Positions 51,582-64,000 of a DNA stretch of 64,000 bases are shown here, in pieces (within the stretch, counting starts at the first letter, position 1; every line of letters starts with the position of its first letter). Under the pieces are notes generated by a model, which saw nothing but the letters and a program-made list of their open reading frames with translations, was not told the DNA's origin and ran no database searches. Made by a program: the position numbers and the translations under genes. Source of the stretch: Mizuhopecten yessoensis (taxonomy: Eukaryota); NCBI RefSeq assembly GCF_002113885.1, contig NW_018407050.1, forward strand, positions 333,053 to 397,052, in the 5' to 3' direction.

Positions 51582-54500
51582 ATGACGGACCAAACAGATT
51601 CAGATGCATCCGACTCGGTCGAGGACGTCATTGAGATACGTCCTATGCCAAGACGAAATGTTGTTGAATTACAAGATATTGAGTCTGAAAACGAACAGTC
51701 GACATTTCGTGCATCCAATCAACCGGACTTGATGCAGCATACTGGTGTTTTCCGTAGGACGGGAAGACTGAAGGTATTGTACGGCGGTGTACTCAGTACT
51801 GTCAATCATAGCCCGAGTTTCCTCTGGCCCTGACCCAGGCTTAGATATTTTGACAGATAGATATCTGGTGTGGGACATCTATCTGTCAAAATGTCTAAGT
51901 CTGGTGTATCATGTCAGGGCAAGAGGAAACTCGGGCTACTAAGTCTGGTGTCAGGGCCAGAGGAAACACGGGCTACTAAGTCTGGTGTCAGGGCCAGAGG
52001 AAACACGGGCTACTAAGTCTGGTGTCAGGGCCAGAGGAAACTCTGGCTACTAAGTCTAGTGTCAGGGCCAGAGGAAACTCTGGCTACTAAGTCTAGTGTC
52101 AGGGCCAGAGGAAACTCTGGCTACTAAGTCTGGTGTCAGGGCCAGAGTAAACTCTGGCTACTAAGTCTGGTGTCAGGGCCAGAGTCGGGCTACTTAGTCT
52201 AGTGTCAGGGCCAGAGGAAACTCTGGCTACTAAGTCTGGTGTCAGGGCCAGAGTCGGGCTACTTAGTCTAGTGTCAGGGCCAGAGGACACTCGGGCTACT
52301 AAGTCTGGTGGCAGGGCCAGAGGAAACTCGGGCTACTAAGTCTGGTGTCAGGGCAAGAGAAGACTCAGGCTACTGAGTCTGGTGTCAGGGCCAGAGGAAA
52401 CACAGGCTACTAAGTCTGGTGTCAGGGCCAGAGGAAACACGGGCTACTAAGTCTGGTGTCAGGGCCAGAGGAAACTCTGGCTACTAAGTCTAGTGTCAGG
52501 GCCAGAGGAAACTCGGGCTACTAAGTCTGGTGTCAGGGCCAGAGGAAACACAGGCTGCTCAGTCTAGTGTCAAGGCCAGAGGAAACTCTGGCTACTAAGT
52601 ATAGTGTCAGGGCCAGAGGAAACACGGGCTACTAAGTCTAGTGTCAGGGCCAGAGGAGACTCAGGCTACTAAGTCTGGTGTCAGGGCCAGAGGAAACTCT
52701 GGCTACTAAGTCTTGTGTCAGGGCCAGAGGAAACACAGGCTACTAAGTCTAGTGTCAAGGCCAGAGGAAACTCGGGCTACTAAGTCTGGTGTCAGGGCCA
52801 GAGGAACCTCTGGCTACTAAGTCTTGTGTCAGGGCCAGAGGAAACACAGGCTACTAAGTCTAGTGTCAAGGCCAGAGGAAACTCGGGCTACTAAGTCTGG
52901 TGTCAGGGCCAGAGTCGGGCTACTTAGTCTAGTGTCAGGGCCAGGGGAAACTCTGGCTACTAAGTCTGGTGTCAGGGCCAGAGGAAACACAGGCTACTAA
53001 GTCTAGTGTCAAGGCCAGAGGAAACTCGGGCTACTAAGTCTGGTGTCAGGGCAAGAGCAAACTCGGGCTATATCTAACAATATACAATTATTGTATATGA
53101 TATAAATAAGTCATATTTAAATACCTCAAATAAAAAACGGAACATATTTACATGTAATTTGAATATATGGAACTGAATGCTACAATATGACATTATCTAA
53201 AGTTCATTGATGTACCTACAAATGTATATGTAGCCCGAGTCTCCTCTGGCCCTAACACCAGACTTAGTAGCCTGAGTCTCCTCTGGCTCTAACATCAGAC
53301 TTAGACATTTTGACAGATAGATGTGTGGTTAGCCTGAGTCTCCTCTGGCCCTAACACCAGACTAAGACATTTTGACAGATAGATGTGTGGTTAGCCCGAG
53401 TCTCCTCTGGCCCTGACACAAGACTAAGATATTTTGACAGATAGATGTGTGGTTAGCCCGAGTCTCCTCTGGCCCTGACACCAGACTTAGTATCCTGAGT
53501 CTCCTCTGGCCCTGACACAAGACTAAGACATTTTGAAAACTCAGGCTACTAAGTCTGGTGTCAGGGCAAGAGGAAACTGGCTACTAAGTCTGGTGTCATG
53601 GCCAGAGGAAACTCGGGCCACTAAGTTTGATGTCAGGGCCAGAGGAAACTCGGACTACTATTTAAAGTCTGGTGTCAGGGCCAGAGAAAACTTGGGCTAC
53701 TTAGTCTAGTGTCAGGGCCAGAGTCGGGCTACTTAGTCTAGTGTCAGGGCCAGAAGAAACTCTGGCTACTAAGTCTGGTGTCAGGGCCAGAGTCGGGCTA
53801 CTTAGTCTAGGGCAGGGCCAGACAAAACTCTGGCTACTAAGTCTGGTGTCAGGGCCAGAGGAAACTCGGGCTACTAAGTCTGGTGTCAGGGCCAGAGGAA
53901 ACTCGGGCTACTATTCAAAGTCTGGTGTCAGGGCCAGAGGAAACTCAGGCTACTATTTAAAGTCTGATGTCAGGGCTAGAGGAAACTTGGGAGGCCAGAG
54001 GAAACACGGGCTACTAAGTCTGGTGCCTGGGCCAGTGGAAACATTCATAGTTCCTTATGTGTTTCCGAAATTTTAAAATTGCACAATATTACAAATGAGC
54101 TCTAATTTTGGTCCAAATAATTTGATGTTTCGTTTCTGTTCTGTATCAACTTTGACATTTCTCCAGCTGCACACATGTTTGATTTAGATTTTATTTTACT
54201 CACAAGTGTATAACACAAATATAGATGAGAGATGATTTCACTGAGGTCTATCCCAAATGAAACAAAACTTATACAGCTACTTTGAGTGCACAAAGTTCAA
54301 ACACTCAACCTCTCGACCTCCATTAGAACTGGAGTGTTTGGCACCAGTTAAAGTTAATTGCACTGTACACTATAATGTGTATCAATGTGTTTGGTGAAGG
54401 AACTACTGCTAAACAAAACAATAAGTGTGTTTCCTTTAACATGTTTGATAATTTTGGTAACTATTTCAAAAAATAATTTTGAGGTTTTTAAAGGAAAGAG

Positions 54501-56093
54501 ATCTTCCTTGAAAATTGCTTAAAAAGGATATGCTAGGTATACAAATTTAGAGTAGGAAGGGCTACTGGAAACACAAAATATATTTTGTTTGATAGAAATC
54601 GTGATGCACCAAATATTTTTTTTAATAAATGAACTATGGTTGTTTCTTTATCTCCCGCTTTTACCGAAACGGGTGATATTAATTTGGGATTGTCTGTCTG
54701 TCTGTCTGTCACGCTTCGTTTCCGTGCAATAACTACAACAAATGTTAACTGATTTTCTTGGTCACAGGGTAAAATGCCTTAAGGGCTCGGCCAAGTCAGA
54801 TGACCATTTTCAGTGGACTTTATTTGAAAGAGTTATGGCCCCTTGAATAACGAAAAACATTATTATCTGCCGTTTCTGTTCATTAACTCTCGCAAATATT
54901 ATCCGATTGTCATCAAACTTTTTAACAGGGTTCAACGCCTTAAGGGCTCAGCCAACAACTTGAATCGGACTCCATTTGTCTCAACAGCACGATACTCACA
55001 TGTTTAAACCTAACCCCAATAATGTTTACCTACAATATGTCCTGCAAGTGGGGGATATAAATTCCATGAATTTGCTTGTTTCATTTGTTATGGATACATA
55101 TCAGTTGTCCATAAAAACTCATTTGATTATACTACAAAATTACCCTAGATTTTTATCATTATTGGCTGTAGACTGCAGACTATATTTCTAAAGAATTAAT
55201 TTGGTGTTGAATTTGTATTGTTGAGTATGAAATGTAATCAAAATGTTTACTTATTGGTATTTTGATTGTTTGTTTATACTCTGCTGTGTTTATATCATTG
55301 ATATAGTCTGTACAATTACTGTTTTTTAAATAAGCTCTTGTAACATTTTTATTTATAGTCACAAGAATTGCCAGTTTCTACTCCCAGACTGTATCGGGAT
55401 CCCGACCAAGACCTACAGTTTCCGCCGGTAATTCCTCTCAACGTCGGTGGCGTCAAATACGTCACTCGTCTGTCTACGCTCTGTAAATACCCAGACTCGA
55501 TGCTTGCCGCTCTTTTCAGCGGTCGCCATGCTGTTGACAAGGACCAGAACGGTAACTACTTTCTAGACAGTAACGGTTCCATGTTTGGATATATTCTGGA
55601 GTTTCTCCGTAACGGCTCGGCTCCTCCTAACCATGTGTCTGTGGCAGTTTATAAAGAGGCTAATTATTACGGCATTCAACATCTCATAGAGAAACTTCAG
55701 CTCAAGCCAGAAGTAGCCAGACTCCTTGTTCGGGAGGCTCACAGACAACAGTTTCCAAACTACTATGAGGTTAAGAACAACGTCATTCAACTTGCTGTAG
55801 ACCACGCCATTGTTAACAGACAAGGGGAGGTAATTCTGTATGTATTTCGTACAGAATTTGTACCCAAGGTGCCAAATTTTAATCTTAGTCATGGCTGTGT
55901 TGTAGAAAATGCTCATTTGTCTGTCGGACCTTGGTCAGCCGCAGTCGATGAAGAACTATTCATGAAATGCTTGGAAACTGATTTGATAGAAGAAGGGTTT
56001 AATCTCAAACCACATGAATCAAAAAAGAAATGCCGATATTTTCATGGACAAACATGTCAGAAGTTTGTTTACCGACTACAAATAATGTTTTAG
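51582..56093 (+). CDS. BTB/POZ (T1-type) domain protein, KCTD7/KCTD14-like; 2 exons (51582-51773, 55359-56093), 308 aa
   Basis: VIPLNVGGVKYVTRLSTLCKYPDSMLAALFSGRH...YFLDSNG.MFGYILEFLR...EANYYGI. AAG|gtattg donor and tttatag|TCA acceptor join in phase 0. Confidence 0.88.
51809..54040. repeat. 37-bp satellite in the KCTD intron, derived from a palindromic MITE arm, with orientation switches
   Basis: Unit tcagggccagaggaaactcgggctactaagtctggtg. Hairpin seed at 51809-51938; forward to ~53070, reverse ~53231-53530, forward ~53540-54040. Confidence 0.92.
54648..55080 (+). mobile_element. HINE/pearl-like Helentron derivative
   Basis: 5' tatctcccgc...cgggtgata hairpin, (GTCT)n tract, and 3' gggggatata followed by the aaattc-cat-gaattt stem-loop and tt. 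Confidence 0.65.
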
Positions 56094-59000
56094 AAAAACA
56101 AAAAACAGTTTTTCCATCAAATTAAATTAAAAGTTTTCCCAGAAATTATGATTTAGTTTAGGGTAGAGAAGTTTTTTACATATAAACCACTTGTATTGTA
56201 CATGAAACATGACCAATCAGGATTATGAGTGTCTTTATTACTCCAGGGCTTATGTTTACTAACCGGGTATGTGTGTAAATAAGCTAGTGCACATCCCATG
56301 GAGTATCAAGGATGGAAGATGAGTTGTTCAAAAATCACAATGAGGATTCTCATACTAGAATATTTGATGTCTCGCCTATTTTAAATATAAAGGTTACACC
56401 CCTGTGCTATTGTTTCGTGAAATTAGTTTTTCGTTTTGGAAAATTCTGTTTTCTTTAACATTAGTTACCATTGGTACCAGAACTATTCTAAATGTCTGTG
56501 ATAATTAAAATGTCAGAATATGTGTGTGTGAAAACACTGTTCAAATCCTACATACAATATTAATTTTGTTTTTCCCGATAATTTAAAAGATGGGAATCTC
56601 ACATAATGTCTGTTCTGAGCTCCTCATAAAGCAAATGTATTATTGTGGGTAAAGATGTACTTGCTTCAAAATGCAATAATATTTGTTTTGTGTCTACAAT
56701 GTTAGGTCAAGAATCTCACACCATGGTCTGTTCAGCCCGAAAACGTTTGGAAATGTTTTTTCCAATTTTCACTTACGTGTCAGATATATGCTTGTGTTCA
56801 AACCTGACATATGTTCTATGTGTATGTGGTGTTACACTTTACATGGTAACACAGTGTTATGTTCATAACTACAGTGAAACCTGCCTAATCCGACCCTTAT
56901 GTATTCTGGAATTCTGTCTGATCCAACTCCCACATAAACCAACATGCTGTCTACTATCCAACATAATGTTTAAATCATGTTTCTAATATAGATGACCAAC
57001 AAACATCTTTGTATTCTGAAATCCTGTTCAATGTGAAAAGTATATTATGTTGTATCCTGCAGGTTGTCAGATTAAACAGGTTTAATTAAATAAAAAATAA
57101 ATAAAAAATTAAACCACATGCAGAAATTAATGACTGCCATTATCACAAACATACATTATTATAGTTATTTTATTTACATAATCACGGTGGTGAGGAAGAG
57201 TCGCCACATACTACGGATATGAAACTGATCAGAATTAACCCTTTCACCCCTATGTAACTTTAGTAGACTCCACCATGCATTGATCTGGATGAGTCCATTA
57301 TGGTCTTCAGTGTTGAAAGGGTTAAGGTGTCCCTAATAGTATAAAGCTACTTGTACTATACCTGTACCGCTGGGTAATTTTGGGGGCAATCCTATTTTCA
57401 AGATTTTAGCAGTAATTCGGATCTTCTAACCCTTTCACCACTGTAGACCATAATGGACTCATCCAGATCAATGCATGGTAGAGTCTTCTCAAGTTACATA
57501 GGGGTGAAAGAGTTAATTAAACATGACATTATACATATCCAACAATATGAAATCTGTTAATTAAACACTGTGTGATGTCATCTAATTTTTCACATACATG
57601 TAAATGCCAAAATAATACTGCACCATTATTAATCTGTATACAGGATTACATTGTAAAAAATATTTAAAAAGTGAATGACAGTCAACAAAAACAATATTGT
57701 GTTCTATCAGGATTATTTTGTTTTACCATTACATAAATATCATTGTATCCTGTACATGGTATGTGGTCAAGTTAAAAACAGCTGGAACTGTTATCACGAT
57801 ATTTTATGAATTTTTATACATATTTATTTTGCAATGATAACAAATATTGTCTGACAGTTGTTCGAAATATTTTTCTGTTGAAAATATTCACAATTTTTTT
57901 TCTGTTAATTGTTGTACATGTTGATTTTATTTTAATTGGTATATAGTTCTGCTTAATAATTTCCAGTCATGCAGTTGTTCAATTTGTCTATTTTGGACTT
58001 TGCTAGAGTAGCTAGCACCAAATGTTGAATTTAAGGGCGAATGAAATATGCATTGTACTTTCCATTTCACTGTCTCAAATGTTAAAATGTGAAGAAAAAA
58101 ATTAAGAGGAGCATGGCAATAAATTATCAGGTAAGTACTGATGCTATTAACTTATGAAAATTCATACGTTTAACAAACAGATTTTTTTTTATTCTTTTTT
58201 GCTAACACAAAAGAATTTAGAAACATGCCCAGACATTGATAGGGCTTAACATGTTTGGCCCCTGTTGGGTAGGTTTTTGAGGGAGAATCTGTTTCCCATG
58301 CCCCTGTGCTGTAAAATGGCAGTTGATAGCTCTGTATAACAGCATGGTTTAGTGATGTGTTTGTTACTTTGTTTTGATGTTAAGGTGAAAGTGCTTTTTC
58401 GATTCCTGAATGTTATTATTTTGTTTAAGTTTAATTGTGATCTTGTTTTGTCTGAAGTTTTATATTATTAGCCTATAAGTTTATGTATTGTCTTCTGTTA
58501 AAAATGTTGTCTCCATTCAATCACAATGTTGTAATCTGTAAATATATATATATATATATAGACAAATATTTCTGTTAAGGTTAATTTAAGTTTGAGGATC
58601 GATCCCTATATCACTGCTAAAAGAAAGATAACTTTGTATTGAAGCTTTTACATCAGTATGGCAGTGTAGCTGTGATCAGTTATTTCTGAAAAAAAAACAT
58701 ACCTTGTGAAACTTTTAAGGATAAATGAAATATGAAATGACATTGTATCAAAAAACAACAACAGTGTTCTGAAAGTGCAGGAGAAAGCCACGCTGGGAGC
58801 TTGGGCTGGGAGCTCGGTCAGGGTTTGACCTCCTGTCCTACAATCACTGGGAGCTTGGGCTGGGAGCTTGGGCTGGGAGCTCGGTCAGGGTTTGACCTCC
58901 TGTCCTACAGTCGCAATAGTTTCACACTAACCAACAGAGATACCTAAAATCTATCTTAAAAAAATAAGGGGAGGTAACTGTTGTGTTTTGTAGTGGGACA

Positions 59001-60106
59001 GGGGTCCTTGAAACGTGTTGTTTTGTTAGATGTCTCATCCGTCTGTTTTAGTTCTGTTCATACTCATTTTGTTGTTTTTGTAAGCTCAGTTTAATATATA
59101 ATATAGAATCTTACGTGAGTTTCCATTCCATAGAGATTAATGGAACTGAAGTCTTAAGAACTTTTCAAGAGGCTCGCTAATTTGAAATATTTGTGACATG
59201 TTTCATCAATTTCATATGAAATGAAAACGAATGTAAGATCCTTTTTATCACATTATCAAGATTTGTGGCATTATTTCATGTAAAACGGCAATTTTCATGC
59301 AAACTTGAAATGTAAAATGCCGCCATTTTGACTCCAGTAAGTAAGTCTGTGACGCCATGTACTTGTCCTAGGCGTGGCGTCACAATTAAAACAATTGACT
59401 CTTACAACCAATCACAGGGTTGATAGGTCATATTACAAGGGTTGGTATGCAAAAACATATGACATGGGTACTATTCACTGGATAACACAGTACATTGTGT
59501 GATAACACAGTACATTGTGTGATAAATATATATATATATATGATTATCAGTTGACTCTAAACCTGGTTTACAGACCAATATTTTCTAGTGTATTTTTATG
59601 GTTATTGTCATGTCATTCCTCTTTATGTTGTTGTCCCAATTGTTTGGTTTTTCCCAGGTCTTTGTTTACTTTCGCTGATCTGGTGTTTGTTAAGTGAATA
59701 GTTAAGTTTACATGTATTTCTGGCAGAGTTCTGATTCTCAACACTAAATTTACTTTTCAGTGTTTTATTTAACTGCATGCAAGTAATGAGTCAAATACAA
59801 TTACCATTTTTTAAAATTTGATTCATTGGATTTTGAAAATTCATTAATTTGATATAGAATTTCATATGGTACACTGCTTTTCAGAACCTGATAGAATATG
59901 GCTCGATTATGATTACTTTGTGAAAAATGGAGATAAACCAACGTTTCTGGAGGTTTTCTGTATAGTACAGTACAACATGATCATACAGGATATTTCAGAT
60001 ATGTGAATTGAAATATTATTGATTAACATACAAACAACAAAATCAACAAAACACAGAATGTTGAAATAATGTAACAAGTCCTTTACACTTGCACCTCTGT
60101 ATTGAC

Positions 60107-60817
60107 TATCAGATTATACTGATCAGGTTATACTGATCAGATTATACTGATCAGGTTATACCGATCAGGTTATACTGATCAGATTATACTGATCAGGTTA
60201 TACTGATCAGGTTATACTGATCGGATTATACTGATCAGGTTATACTGATCAGGTTATACTGATCAGATTATACTGATCAGGTTATACTGATCAGGTTATA
60301 CTGATCAGGTTATACTGAGATTATAATGATCAGATTATACTGATCAGATTATACTGATCAGGTTATACTGATCAGGTTATACTGATCAGGTTATACTGAG
60401 ATTATAATGATCAGATTATACTGATCAGATTATACTAATCAGGTTATACTGATCAGGTTATACTGATCAGATTATACTGATCAGGTTATACTGATCAGGT
60501 TATACTGATCAGGTTATACTGAGATTATAATGATCAGATTATACTGATCAGATTATACTGATCAGGTTATACTGATCAGATTATACTGGGATTATACTGA
60601 TCAGGTTATACTGAGATTATACTGATCAGGTTATACTGATCAGGTTATACTGATCAGATTATACTGATCAGATTATACTGAGATTATACTGATCAGATTA
60701 TACTTAGATTATACTGAGATTATACTGATCAGATTATACTGAGATTACTGATCAGGTTATACTGATATTATACTGATCAGATTATACTGAGATTATACTG
60801 ATCAGATTATACTGATC
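60107..60817. repeat. 14-bp minisatellite (GATCAGRTTATACT), about 50 units, with 10-bp variants
   Basis: Directly visible; palindromic CTGATCAG core. Confidence 0.95.
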
Positions 60818-63800
60818 GTATTCACCACTTTCTACATACATTTCTGTACTAACACTGTATCATTGCATGATCAGGGATTTCTGCTGCATTTTCTGCTTTA
60901 GTAGACATAAGAGTAACCTAAATTGTTTTCCCTATAGCAATATGTATATAGGGCATTTATCTTTGTTGTTTCTCCTCAGCGTAATGCTATCCCTCGTTAC
61001 CTCTGGTTAGCCAGTTGTCAGACTTTAGTGAAGGTGTGTGACATTTCAGTATGATAACACTTTAAAGTTGGCCGTGATAATAGCAGTGTTTTAATATGAG
61101 GACGCAGAACCTTAACATAAACAAGGGAATACCTGAAGAGTGAGCAAATCTGTAACTTAAATTCAGAATCATTTAAATTAAAGCAAAATATATGAACAAA
61201 AGAAAGATTTACCTAGACACCCCTGAAAAGTATAAACAGAGTAAGACCAGGTGTTCCAGAAGGGTAAGAATCTTCTGCTTCATCAACCACAACCGCCATG
61301 AACTCTAGGTTTAATAATATTAATGTCACACTCTCCAATGGAGAAGTGGGGCAGTGAAAACGACACAGCAATTAAGGCAGGACTTTCAGGCCGCACCACA
61401 AGTTGGTGAACAAACAAGGCTGAGGCATCGGTTCAGCCACCAAATCTAGAACATTCTGTTCTGAGATACAGTAGCTGATGACAAGTGGTTTTATGTCTCC
61501 TTTATATCTCATGCAGGGCACAATCTTCAGCATGTCATGGTTCTCAGCATCTGAGACTTTCTTCTCGACAAAGTTCCAATGTCAAAGTTGTTCTTTATGG
61601 CTGTTCATTGCAGTTGCACTTTACAATGGTAAGAGTGTGTTAAGCAAACTACAATCAGATGTATAATAGTAAAATTGAGGCTACACAAAGCTTATATTTT
61701 TATTTATGTTTTGTATGCCCATTCCCCTTCATTTAGTTCAAGTGCTTGTTATATTACTACTCTATGTCAAAACAAAACATAGATTTAGCACTGGGTCTAA
61801 TAAGTCTTCACTGATCATGAGACCTATACTATTTTTAGCGTACCAATATGAAGCGTACACACAACAATGGAAAGATTTGCATATCCTTGAGTTTTAATTT
61901 AATGCATCAACTTGTGTTATATGGTAAATATCTCACCATTTACCGTGTACAAGTATCAGAATATTGTAGATTTTTATTTCCAACATTGAACAAATTATAA
62001 ACATATGGAAACTAGATGTTTTTATGTGTTTAGAAATATTTTTAGATTTAAATTTCTGTTGGTGAATGTTTCCGTGGTTACAAATATCTTATATATCATA
62101 GGATATTATTGATATTAGCTTTTTTTTATTCTTGGTCCAGGTAGAACAATTTTAGCCGATTTGTGTCACAGGGCAGTAGGAGGTTTTGGGTGCTACGGGG
62201 GCCACAGCTTCTGCCAAGCGCTTTTTATTTTTTCTTGAAGTGTTTTTATAATACTCATACATACATGTACGTAACATATACAAAAATATTAAAATAATGG
62301 TCGACACAACATTGACCTGCATTGTAATATTCACCGGTGTAGTGTGTTCATGTTTTGCATATTTTTGTTTTTATTATATTTTTTTTTAAATGGCTAACCT
62401 TTGAGAGGTAGTCATAAATTCATGAATTAAAACCGTTATGCATCAGAAAAATTCACAAAGTTCATCACTTGCGTACATTAGCATTACTGAGTACCTACAT
62501 GTATACATTATGATAGACGAGTTGTTATTGTTTCACAGTAGTATTATGCACAGGTGTAAAACATACACATGATCAAGGAATCAGTGTCTTCGTTTACATT
62601 CCAGATGAGATTTATCGTTATCATTTGTATTATTACCATAATAGTTGATGAATTTCATCACAAAGTGTTTGAAAAAATGTCAATATATCATTAAATAGCT
62701 ATACGTTTATGCATGTTAAGAATTTTAAAAATGTCAAAAATTGTTTGCTGACAAAATTTTGTTTAAACCTTTCCTTGACTGTTTTATAAACATTTCGCTC
62801 TTTATCATTAGTTTACTATATTTTAGAAGGAAAATTAACTTTTGGGGATGATTTTTATTTATTTTTTAGATTTTTAGAAGAATAAATATTTTCACAGGAT
62901 CTATTTTAATAGATACATGTCTATTATATGCACTGCACTTGAGAGTGAAAATAAAAAATTGTGAACCATGCGAAATATTGAGGGTTTCCATAGAAAGGAT
63001 TCAAAGAAAACATGGCGGACCGTTATATATTGTTTATTGTGTAAATTATTTTATGGTTCATTCTCTATGTCTCATGTTTTTAACAAAAATGAAATGTCTC
63101 CAGAGAAAATTCCAATAACTTACCGGTTCACTGCTTGGAAAGATAATCATGAAGAAATGTATTATTGTGATGACTGGATACAGTTTGACTATACATACAA
63201 AATATGTCATCTGTCTGTTGCCACAAAGATGCTGAGCATTACATCATAAATGTAACTACATTTAACTCATTCACCCTCACGACACATTTAAACTCTTCCG
63301 ATTCAAAGGTTTGGAGTAGTACATTATTTAATTTCAGGGGTGAATGAGTTCAACATAATTTCAAGGATACAATTTAATCCATGCAAAATATTACCCAGCA
63401 TTTTGATCAAAATAATGATTTCTTCACGATAATCTCTCTCCGACCTGTAGATATTGTAGCTTATGTCTCGCGAGAGTTTAGGGCCTTTGGCTTGCTTATT
63501 ATGTCGGTTGTGGATACCAAAAGGCATGTTGCCTTGTTAATGCCAAAATATTTACCCCTAAAGTCACATTTGAACCTTACAAAATCAAAGACTGGACAAG
63601 TCCATTTTAAAAATGTAGGGGTGAATGAGTCAACATTAATATTGTTAGCCTTGAGTCTTAATTCTGCTTAATTTTAATGTGATCTTTAAAATCAGTGAGT
63701 TCATTTTAAATTTCTTCATAAATGTTTGAAAATTATATTGGGGCCCCATCAGATATGCCAACAGTGTATGATTTATGAATGTTGATATAGATCGTTAATA

Positions 63801-64000
63801 CATTTACAAATTGTGACATTTTTACCTCAACTTTATTTATAACCTGGTCAGTCACGGAATGTGTTTTAATATAATGTAAAAAGAGGCAAAAAATGGCCCA
63901 GAACATTTCAAAAATTTCAAAAAAAAAAAGAATATTTTTTAACATACTCAAATATTACTGTGATATAGCCACATGCATAACCAAAATTATTTTTTAATTC

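Noticed and set aside
52099-54076. Repetitive ORFs within the 37-bp satellite
   Set aside because: Intronic; the unit length is not a multiple of 3.
58000-64000. Additional genes in the distal region
   Set aside because: Only short, low-complexity ORFs, MITEs and repeat fragments; no exon chain could be supported.

Overview
AT-rich eukaryotic genomic DNA with GT-AG introns. The gene and repeat content (B-box/coiled-coil/beta-propeller family, HINE-like and V-type SINE-like repeats) suggests a bivalve mollusc; this is inference only. From ~1 to 37.8 kb is a tandem triplication of a ~10-kb unit. Each unit carries a RING-less TRIM-like gene with an uninterrupted CDS (B-box2, coiled coil, NHL-like beta-propeller). 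Copy 1 has a TGG>TAG stop and a 24-Glu tract, copy 2 has lost a B-box Zn ligand, and copy 3 is intact. The copies differ mainly in short propeller loops and show mosaic ancestry. The units are padded by mobile elements: a Penelope fragment with a hammerhead ribozyme, Helentron-like elements, an L1/Tx1 copy with TSD, a long-TIR element with a Ulp1 remnant, SINEs and MITEs, plus a newly expanded 14-bp minisatellite. From 44 to 56 kb is a head-to-head gene pair, a 4-exon MptpB/IphP-type (Y_phosphatase3) phosphatase on the - strand and a 2-exon KCTD7/14-like BTB gene on the + strand, with start codons 274 bp apart. Phosphatase intron 2 holds two miniature LTR elements whose LTRs contain tRNA-like A/B boxes. 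One of them hosts a piggyBac MITE that itself hosts a 79-bp CACTA-ended hairpin. All coordinates were read by eye; repeat boundaries are approximate.
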